NCBI GenBank assembly: GCA_012295275.1
Contig: CM022665.1
Span: 11,904,001 to 11,968,000 of the forward strand
Reading direction: 5' to 3'
Length of the DNA stretch: 64,000 nt
From: Chrysomallon squamiferum
Lineage: Eukaryota; Animalia; Mollusca
Shown: positions 54,248 to 64,000 of the stretch, piece after piece
Layout: every line of letters starts with the position of its first letter
Numbering within the stretch: the stretch's first letter is position 1
Made by a program: the position numbers and the translations under genes
Notes under the pieces: generated by a model
Database searches by the model: none
Seen by the model: the letters and a program-made list of their open reading frames with translations, nothing else
Told to the model about the DNA's origin: nothing

Positions 54248-55429
54248 CTATTCTGTATTGTGGGCATTTTCAAATCCTGGTTTAGGTAAATGATTGAAAA
54301 ACTGACCTGCACGTAACACTGCATCAATTCCAATATTGTAAACTGGATGAATTGGTTTCTGAAATGTTTTTAAAAATGAGTAATGAAAAATGGTTTGAAA
54401 ATGTCTAAACTTTAAACCAGATATGATATAAAAGCTGAGAGGTATTGTTAGAATTTTCAAAAGTTTGTTGTCTGTAAATCCCTAAACATTCAAAGAGTTT
54501 GGTTTTAATGGTAAATTAAAAATTGAAAAACATTATTCATTCTGTTGAATGCTTGAAGCTAACAACTAAATTATTTTGAAGCTATATTTATTTGATAAAA
54601 TAAAAACACACCACTTCATTTTTGGGACTACCAACTATGTATCTTTCAGCAAGATGACCACCTGTGAAATGCTGAGCAACAGAAAGACCACTTAGGCAAT
54701 AACAAGTGTGATAGAAATCTCGTGACCTGAAACAAATGTAAAACTTGTTACTATGCTGAAAATGTTCCCCATATTCAAGTAAATACACAATTAACTAATC
54801 AAAATCCTTCACTTTCAACAAACATTTCAGAATATTTAATTAATAAATATAACTTAGAAATCTTTCTTCTGATGGTAACACCTGAACATCAGCAGAGAAT
54901 AATTTTATAACAAAGCAAATCAGCTGCGATCATTTCACGAGCTTCTCTTACTGATAAGTATGTAAATCAGATGTGCAGCACTGATTGGAATAGGTAATAT
55001 TTCAAATGCTGCTCTGAAAAGAATGGAGCTGCAGTCTCCAAAATATAAACATTTCTAAGTGAAATGATAAACTATAGTTTACTTTCCGGGTTTGTCAATG
55101 AGACCACCACCAGGATGTTGACAACAAATGAGAAGGTATTCCTGAAGAGCATCTTGGTGGAACATCCAGCGTTCAGCACTCAGATGATCATCATCTGTTA
55201 CAAAAAAAAAAAAAAATTTAAATCAATCAATACCACTGAAAGTTGTAACAATCTGAAATAAAATCTCTGAAGTTTTAGAATTTATATATAGAATATTATT
55301 TTCTTTTTCAAACATAAAATTTTAAGATCAGTCATTTTGTAATGATATTAGATGGAAAGAACATACAGTGGTTTTTGAGACGTCTCTTTATTTAGATTTA
55401 TGGTTTTGTCCAACAATTTTAATTGAAAT

Positions 55430-55466
<37 letters not shown>

Positions 55467-58400
55467 AATGTTCTTTGTTCAAAAATGCTATGATAAACTG
55501 AAGATCTTGCCTTTGAAGGTTTTAGCCTGCCAGACAAAACACAAGTTAGCTATGAAAATGTTAGCCAAATATTTTTTAATTCTCAGTATTAGATAAACTG
55601 GTTTCACTTTATGTGGCAGGTCAATATAATAATAATAATAAAAAATTAAAAGTAAACCTTGTGAACAGAAGACCATGTGAAAAAGTGGGAAAGCTCCACC
55701 CTGCCAGAAAGAGTAACACCCATCAACCAGCTTGTTTGTTCTTCCTTGAAATCCCCCTTCAAATCGCATCTGTCTGTTAGCAGTCCATCTCTAAAATGAT
55801 AATATAAATAAAATTAAAAAATTAAATAAATTAATGAATAAAAGAATAAGAAAACTGATTCAATAGTTAGAAAACGTTTAAACTTTAAACCTGATATTAA
55901 TAGAAATAAAATGAGAAGGAATGTTAGATTTTTCAAAAATAAACTTTATTCTATGGTTAATGCATTTTTTTTTATTTTTTTTTCTAGAAACTCAATTTAA
56001 CATGAACCAATGAAGGGTGACACTTTTTTAGGATAACATGGACCCACTTCTGTTCTGTTGTACCAAACAAGATGATATTTTTTGAGAAGAGTTCCAGGCA
56101 ACTAAGTGAAATGAAGAAATTTAAAATAGTACTGACCAATAAATTCTTCAAGTTGCAGAGTTTAATGCCACCAATGAGGATCAAAGTAGCCAGTCCACAG
56201 AATGAGTAACCTCCATGTGCTTCCTGTCCTGGGCAGCCAGAAAATCCACCTTCGTAAGTCTGACATCTACAATATTTCATAAATGTTAACTGTAGCAAGT
56301 AAATGGATAACATATCAAATTGATACATATTCATCTGGAAATGCAGTGCTTCGTTTTTTTAGCATAGTATATTTACCCTGATCAAAAAACAATCATACAT
56401 ATGTATTTATAATGTCTCAAATTAATTATAAAGCTGCAGATGTTATGCAGCTTAGTAAATTAATCAAGTGCTTTAAAGCTTAAAAGTTTTCTATTTTTCA
56501 AGATTCAAGTCTCAAAATAAAAATCTTCAAAGAAACATAATTAAAGCTTTAGTTGAAAAAAACACCCCAAAAAACAATGACCTTAAAAGTGAAGTGAACT
56601 AAAGTCTTACTTAAAATTGTTCAAATGAAGACATGGTCAATAATATTAATACAATTTGATGTTTATTCAAAAACTTAAAATAAATTAATTATGACTGAAG
56701 TGCACCTAAGTGGGAATACAAGCCTACCTGCTCAACCACTGAGGGGTATCTCTGAATAATTCTGGACTGAAAAGATGTGTCAAACTCGCCACACAAGCTG
56801 CACAGTATGCTCCTCTGAAAATAAAGATAGACAAATAATGTTAAAAAACATAATATGATTTTATTTCAATGTATTTAACATTATTAAATGTCACTACATC
56901 TAAATGCACTAACGTGACAATGAACTCTTAAGGGTTAAAAACAGAACAGTATAAATAATTTTAAAGCATGCAGCAAATAAGTGTTAACAGGCAGAAATGG
57001 CAAACCCGAACTTTGATACTGGAACAGAACAATACCGAAATTACTTTTCTAAGCTAACAACTGTGTGTTTTATCATTAATGAAATATTTGTTTATTTATT
57101 CTGAAAGAATTTTGTGTTCTTGTTATTTAGCATGTAAGATACTCCACATTTTCTCCCCTCTTGTAGACTATATGCAGCAAAAACTGTAATAAATAAATAA
57201 ATAAGATTTGATTTTTTTTTTTTTTTTAAATGTTTGTGATAAAATATGTTATAATTACCTACAGTTAAATTCAGCTTACCGTATATCTACTTCTCCTCCT
57301 TCATGCATTTTAAATGAACCATCTGGCATTCTCATTCTGAGCAAATATTCATACAAGGCTTTTCTGAAAGTAAAACAAAGTTCTTAAATAATTTGTAATG
57401 GAATTCTTTGAAGTTAACTAATTTCTGCTGAACATGATTAACTGCAATTACAAACAAAATTAATTATGAATCTAATTATGATTCAAATCATAAAACAAAA
57501 ATCAGCTAAATCAAAAATTATTATAATCTGATGTACTAAAAAGCAGAGATTAAAATAATAAATTATGTTAAAAAACCCATTTTACTATAGATAAGCAATG
57601 TTTTGTTGTTTTGGGGATTTTTATTTTTATTTACTTATTTTTTTAGTTTAATTCACAAATGTGAACATTTTCACTAAAATTAAAGTATACAATATTGGTT
57701 GTACTTTCCCCTCTAACCACAAATTTTTATTTTTATTTCTGTAAACTTGTTTTGCCTTTGAATTATCTCAAATAATATATACGTGATGAAAACAAGCAAG
57801 TAATGAAATAATTTAAGTACCAAAAGGAAAAGACTGCAAACATTTTTTTATTTTACCCAGAAGCTATAACGGTTAAGGTGACATATAAGAGTTTATAAAT
57901 AAATAGTTAATTTCTTACAAAACTGAACTTTACTTTTGGATTTAAACATCAATTTATTGTTGATAAACATCTATATGCAACATCGCAGATATAAATGTTA
58001 CCTGTTAAGAATTTTGAATGCTTCATCTGTACTCAGAGACAGGATACACAAAGAATTGACTGCAGCATAGGTTGGTGCTAAATGGGCTAACTGTTGTGGT
58101 CCTCCTGTAGGTAAAAATATAAATGTAACTTTTTTTTAAATGTTTAATATACTGGCTTGTCAGATAAATTTATGTATTTTGTTTTTGTTTTTGTTTTTTT
58201 TAATTCAACTTATACTGAAAAAAAATAAAACGAACTTACATGATAACCCAATACATAAGATAACAAAATTTTAAATTTATTATCTAAATAATAATGACTG
58301 AAAATGCAGAGAAAAAATGTTATTAAACAAAAAATACTAATTATAATTATAAAATTCAAAAACATCTAAACTAGAGAAAGCTATCTTAAATTTACTTTTA

Positions 58401-61139
58401 AAATTATCAAGAATACTTGGTGAAACCTGTTATATTTTGTTTTAATCTGAAACATGTTATTAGTAAAGGTTAAAGTCTGGTTGTATGAGAATGACTTTAA
58501 TAACCATTTACAAAACAGATCAGATAAATGTATGTCATATACAAACAAACTGTTACATGTAACACACAGTAATACAATATTCACCAAAAAGTAACTCACA
58601 AACAAATAAAAACTAGGTCAATTTTGAAATTAATTGAATTTATAATTGATTTATCTCACTGCATTGTTGAAAGAATTTTTTACTATTTTGAGTAAACTGA
58701 AGTGTTTTGAAGTACTTTTAAAAATAATTAAACATTAAATTAAAATTTCAAAAATAGGATTAAGCTGATTGATAAAATAAATATTTAATTAAAAATTATG
58801 TTTTATGTAAAATGTAATTTATTATCATATGTATGACATTGTGCTTACCTCCAAATCCACCTGTAGTGGCTTGACATTTATCAAGAAATTTCACAACACT
58901 GAAAAATTAAATCAAAACATAATCTTTCATACACAAATAAAACGATTTATTAGCCATTTTCAGGAATACTGTTTACAGCAATTAAAAAAAAAGATTAAAT
59001 TTCAACAAAATATTTTATTTTAAACAGTTAATAATGTAATATTTTATTATTATAAAAATAATCTAAAATTTAATGTAACAAAAATTTCAAATAAGAACTT
59101 TATTAGTAGTTACAACTATTCTTGTTAACTGAACAGTTCAGTTGTTTTATTTCAATAACTGATTTCATAATGCAAATAAAACAGTTACATTTGAATTAAA
59201 TCTAATTTTAATTATATATGTTAAAGACAAAAGTAATTCATCTGAAATATCCTAAAGTAATATTTAAATAATTATCTTTAAAGCAATAATCTTGAATAAT
59301 TTTTCTGTTGACATAACATATTCTATCTGTATGCTAATTCATTAAAATGAAAAAATAATCTGATAATATGAAAATGGAAGTTTTTTTAAATTTATTTACT
59401 CTAATGCAACATCTTCAGGAACAGTTTCCTCCAAAATTTCCAAACTGTGAAGAATCCAGTAACACAACCATGGCCGACTTGCATCTAAGCACTGTAATTA
59501 TAAAAGATATAATATTTTCAGTAATAACTGAATGAGTTTTGAAAAACAGCAATAGCTAGATAACTGATGATTAATTTGGAATGAAAATACAGAAGTATCA
59601 AAAGGGTCTCAAATTATATAAACATTAAATAATGTAATATCATTTAATACTAAGTAATAAATATGAAAAAAATGCAATAAACAGGCTGCTTATATTATGA
59701 AAAATAGTTTTCATTAGTCTAATGGTCAACTCGAAAAATTACTATTCAACCTCATATCCTGTTGTAAGATTTTTTAGTCCTTTCCAAAGGAATGATCGAT
59801 GAATACTTCGTTCTAGGACTGGAATGCTGAATTAAACCAAAATTTTAAAATAAATGCATGGCTATAAAGATAATATAGATGATTAATTAAAATAAAATAC
59901 TGTTTGAAATTTTTGCTGTATTAAAAAGCCAGTGAAAAATTAGTTTTCTCAAAATATAAAATCTGCTATTGCTGAAGCCTGTAATATTGAGAAATATTGA
60001 GGAAAAATTTGTCAGTGTGAAAACTGAATGCCCTTCCTACAAATAATTCAAGGTGGCCTAAAAAAGATAGATGTGACTATTTCTAACTGCATCAGTTAAC
60101 TTCTATTTGCCTATGTAGAGCAATCCTATTATAACATAATGCAATAAATCCTCAGGTCTATTGTAGTTACAGTAAGTAATATCAAGCTGTTTAAAATGTC
60201 ATTTTAGTTGTCAGTGTCTGCAAAAGATTAAATTCTAAAATATTATTTATATATTTTATTTTTTTCATGCATTTTTTTAATAACATTACAATTTTGGCAT
60301 ATGTGATTTTGGATTAGATTTTAGACACTTCATTTCACTAATTATATAATTTCATTATTTTTGTAAATATCAACTTACTCTGGTTCATCCTTCAGTCTAT
60401 TTCTAAATGATGTGTAAAGCCGATCAACTGAATCTTCAACATTTACCTGTGTTAAAAAAGAAGACAAGGAATATGTAAGAAGCAGTTTAAGTGTATTGAT
60501 ATTTTACTGTAAGAGCTGACTAAATGATATCCACAGAACAACTTTTATTTCGATTTTCATTGCTATGTTCTAGCTACACAGTGTAAAATACAGATCTTGA
60601 TTTTAAGCAATTACACTTTTTTCCAATTACTTCTAAATTACTGTAACAGTTAGTGTTATAAAAACACAGATTAATTAATTATTTTTCAGTTACTAATTAC
60701 TTTCTAACAGAAAAAAAAAAAAAAATAATAATAAAGTTATTAAAAATAAATAAATAAATTACAAAATGAATTTGTAAAAATAAAGGTATTTAATAATTTA
60801 TGATTTGATCAAAATCAAAAGGTTTAAAGTCTCTGAAGGTGTAAAAGTTAGAACTGTTGTCAGTTGTGAATAATGTTAGCAGTTAAAATAATTTGTGTTG
60901 TGTTTCCAGGTATTGCTGTTTCTGCTTAAACCATATAAAGGTTACAGAAGACATCTAATCCTTTAAAACAGTCAAGTTACAATAATGAAAAGTCATTTCA
61001 ATTTTCACAAAAGAAACAACAAAACAAAACAAAACACCTGTTCATCAGCTGTTTCACTCCAAAGTGCATCATCTTTGAATTTTTCCTTGTTGATACTGAT
61101 GTCGCTGCACCTGTGCCTAATTTCTGGACCTTCATCCAT
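54248..61139 (-). CDS. FNTB: Protein farnesyltransferase subunit beta, 420 aa, 13 coding exons
   Basis: Exons 61139-61038, 60446-60379, 59826-59751, 59491-59400, 58898-58849, 58104-58002, 57363-57280, 56814-56728, 56266-56137, 55790-55658, 55194-55083, 54726-54612, 54358-54248 (1263 nt, phase-consistent). Motifs: CLDASRPWLCYWILHSL, HLAPTYAAVN, GGEVDIRGAYCA, EAHGGYSFC, RQMRFEGGFQGRTNKLVDGCYSFWQ (Zn-ligand D and C), DKPGKSRDFYHTCYCLSGLS (Zn-ligand H). Confidence 0.97.
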
Positions 61140-61559
61140 GTTTCACTATAAATAGAACAAGATTATCTTAAAAATACAATAAATAAAGATGGTAATGGTG
61201 TTATGTAAATGAATCAATCATAAACTGATACATCTGTTATTTTGTTTTAACGAAAAACTACTCTACAATTATAATTTAACATTTTACTTCTGCACAAGTT
61301 ATTATGTCAGTTATGCAAATAGTTTTAATAAAATTAAGCAAAATGAGAAATTTAAAAGCCAGTCAAAGTTTACATTTCAAAAGAATTAGTCGGTAGTGGT
61401 TGAAGATGTTAGTAAATTTTTTCTAGTTTTTTGTAGACTGGTTCTTTGTTATAGTTTGTTTATCTAAAGTCATTCAGGCATATTTTCTTCGTAAACATAT
61501 TCTTATTTATTGTACATAACTACTATAAAGACAAAATATGTTTTAGAAAATGGCAGTGG

Positions 61560-61780
61560 ATGCTTTTTATTTTAAAATAGTAAAAAATGGAAAAGAACTG
61601 TCTTATTCCGAAAAGACACTTCTATCTTTTTCGGAAATAAGCATTTTGAAAAGAAGAGTGCCAAAACGCGGAAGTTTTTGAAGTAGTAAACATTTTTCAG
61701 CACAAGATTTACCGTAAGCTCACTATCTTTGTATGTGTGTGAGGTGTGGACTTGTATCATTTTGTCAAGTAAATGATAAA
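61560..61780. promoter_or_regulatory. Probable bidirectional promoter shared by FNTB and the F-box/FBA gene
   Basis: The start codons are 840 bp apart, head-to-head. Both ATGs are immediately preceded by splice acceptors, which implies non-coding first exons here. An ETS-type CGGAAGT lies at 61669-61675 with a local CpG cluster. Confidence 0.6.
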
Positions 61781-61979
61781 TTAATGGCTGAAGTTCATAT
61801 TATTACTAGAAATAGGACATTTCAGATCTGAAATGATATTTAAAATGGTATAAGTCCTTAGTCCGTTATTTTTTGTTTTATACATTCTTACATCAGTATT
61901 ACATGTTACAGTTAGGTGATCTAAAATCATCAGGATCGCACATATAAAATATTTAGTTAAACTTTAATATGATTTTCAG

Positions 61980-64000
61980 ATGGCAGAACAAAACGTACAT
62001 GGAAATGTGATGTTTATTGACTTGCCAGATGAAATAATAACTGTTATTTTTTCATACGTGCCAGCAAAAGACCTCGTAAAACGTTGCAGTCTAGTAAGTA
62101 AAATGTGGAATAATATTATCAGTGAACAAACATTGTGGAGATTGAAATGTCAAAATGAAAGAAAATATATTCCTTCTGTGATGCCTGTACCAGATGACTT
62201 CAAGAAACTGTACTTCTTCAATCCTTTTGCTAGAAATTTTCTCAAAAATCCTTGTGCTGTTGGTAAGAAGTAGTTAATTCTTTACTAATATTATCTATCA
62301 TTCTATGGTGCCCAGAAATGCATTCAAAGGAAAAACTAAAATGGTAACTATAACACTAATGTATCATGATTTAAATTAGAAATAACCCTATAAATTAATG
62401 AGCAGAGCACACTCATCTGAAAATTTGGAAATTAAGAGATTAAGATGATATTTTATTTATAAGAAAGAGAAAATTGATGAAAAATCCTGAAGTTCATTTT
62501 ATATATTATATATTAACTGTATATATATATTTTTTTTTAGATGGGCTTCTACACTGGACTGTAACACATAATGGAGGTGATCGATTTCTTGTAGAGAATA
62601 CTCCTTCAGGAGCAATGCCACTTACAACAGCTGTAGACATTTCATTCTATGGTAAAAATAAATTAATAAAATTTAACCGTAGATCCTGATTAGTCTTTGT
62701 CAAAAATTTGTTATGACGAATCTGTTAAATAAAAAAATAATTAGAATTTTAATCTATTCATTATTAATATATTGAGATATGAATAAAGTCACATTAATGA
62801 TACATTAATACATTTTATTACAAATTGTTATTACCTGTCAAATATATTATTTTTGCCTATGAAGATGGTATCATTTGTATGTCCATCACCAGATGTAGTG
62901 TATATGCACTTAGAAAATATCTACAACAGCTTTTAACAAATAGACATTTAGAAATAACTTAGGACTCCTAAGGTAGATTAATTCTGCAATCCATTATGCT
63001 TCGATTACTGAACTAAAAGATGCAGCACAACATAACCACAGCAGAAGTGAATTTTTCATTTTATTAAATATAAACAGAATTACAGTTGTTTTGACTTTTT
63101 GTAATTAACTAGGTTAGTATATAATCATTTTGACGTTTTATTTCAGATCGTGCTAAAAACTGGGCAACTTCATATGCATTGTGTGAGAAAAAGCAAACTG
63201 TTGATCTAATAAAAGAAGGATGTTCTGAAGAGATACTTGACAAATACCAGCCTCCAATTCAAGTTTCTGAATGGTAGAACCAGTCCTTGTTATTATGTTA
63301 AATGTTTGGATTTATCAATAAGTCAGTAGTTTCTTTTAGCTGAAGTAAAGTTAAATGATTACTTTTGCTATGAAAAGTGTAAAACTTTACCACATTAATT
63401 TAAGCATTTGTATAACCATAAACAGAAGAAAAAAAAATAATGTAGTTTATGTTCAAAGCAGGTAAATGTTCAGTGTGTAATCAGCTTTAGAAATTTTGTT
63501 TTATTATTTATTTACACTACAGAGATTACATCCTATGACCCATCATCTCTATTGTGGGGCACGACACAGTTGACTGTTAGAGCATCCACATAAATTGTCA
63601 CTCCCTCTTAGTGGACTCATGTAACAGATCACTTGCTGCTAATCAGAAAGAGTAGCAGTGGGTTTCTTCTCTTCTTATGTCTGATGTAAATAAAATGGGA
63701 TATGTGGGTTGATAAACAAAATATTTCTTTCCTTCCTTGCATGATTTTTTTCAGGCCTTACTGTAACAGTGAACTGCAGCTTGCATCCTAAACAATAAAT
63801 TACAATGCATTGTTTAGTAGCTAATAAGTAAGTTCAGATAAGCAGGCTTGTAAATGTTTTATTCTATTATTTGGGACATTCTGGGTTTTTTTTTCCTACA
63901 GGTATGCTGGAAGATTTGATTGTGGGTGTGTTTACTATCTGAGTGTTAAACTGCTATCTGCTAGTAATAGAACACTGAAAAAATTTAAGGTAGAGAAACA
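61980..64000 (+). CDS. F-box protein with FBA (N-glycan-binding family) domain, FBXO2/6/44/17/27-like; truncated by window end
   Basis: Exons 61980-62262 (F-box: DLPDEIITVIFSYVPAKDLVKRCSLVSKMWNNII..LWRLKC, then RNFLKNPCA), 62541-62651 (HWTVTHNGGDRFLVE), 63147-63273 (WATSYALCEKKQTVDLIKEG..EILDKYQPPIQVSEW), 63902-64000+ (YAGRFDCGCVYYLSVKLLS). Phases are consistent. A specific vertebrate paralogue cannot be assigned. Confidence 0.92.
63554..63738 (+). mobile_element. Decayed tRNA-derived SINE copy in F-box gene intron 3
   Basis: Degenerate A-box-like head (ggggcacgacacagttgactgttagagc), body gatcacttgctgctaatcagaaagagtagc, tail taaataaaatg...atttctttccttcc. The body is shared in-window with the reverse complement of 21466-21490. 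Confidence 0.6.

Noticed and set aside
1-64000. CRISPR arrays, operons, tRNA/rRNA genes, prokaryotic defence systems
   Set aside because: The sequence is clearly intron-rich eukaryotic DNA; no repeat-spacer array or intact structural RNA gene was recognised.

Overview
AT-rich, microsatellite-dense eukaryotic DNA with spliceosomal GT-AG introns. It is an invertebrate animal, most likely a gastropod mollusc; this is inferred from protein style and a decayed tRNA-type SINE I recall from gastropod genomes, and is not verified. I reconstructed five intron-containing genes by hand with phase-consistent splice junctions. (1) A MIPOL1-like coiled-coil gene (-, 34082 to at least 15119, 3' end probably off the left edge). 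(2) SAE1/Aos1 (-, 9 exons, 345 aa). (3) MAX (+, 5 exons, 178 aa). (4) FNTB (-, 13 coding exons, 420 aa). (5) An F-box/FBA-domain gene (+, cut by the right edge). The left half is dominated by long MIPOL1-like introns carrying discrete, GC-richer, motif-rich non-coding islands. This architecture fits a genomic regulatory block in which mipol1 is the bystander and foxA is predicted beyond the left edge. The MAX-FNTB tail-to-tail pair matches human 14q23, and the gene set maps to the human 14q/19q13 (FOXA1/FOXA3) paralogon. MAX shows a symmetric cassette exon, in-frame tandem splice sites that would change the HLH loop, and E-boxes in its own promoter. Relics of a pogo/Tigger element, a hAT-type MITE, a probable DIRS element and SINEs are present. 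I saw no tRNA, rRNA, CRISPR or prokaryotic system. All homology calls come from recall, not database searches.
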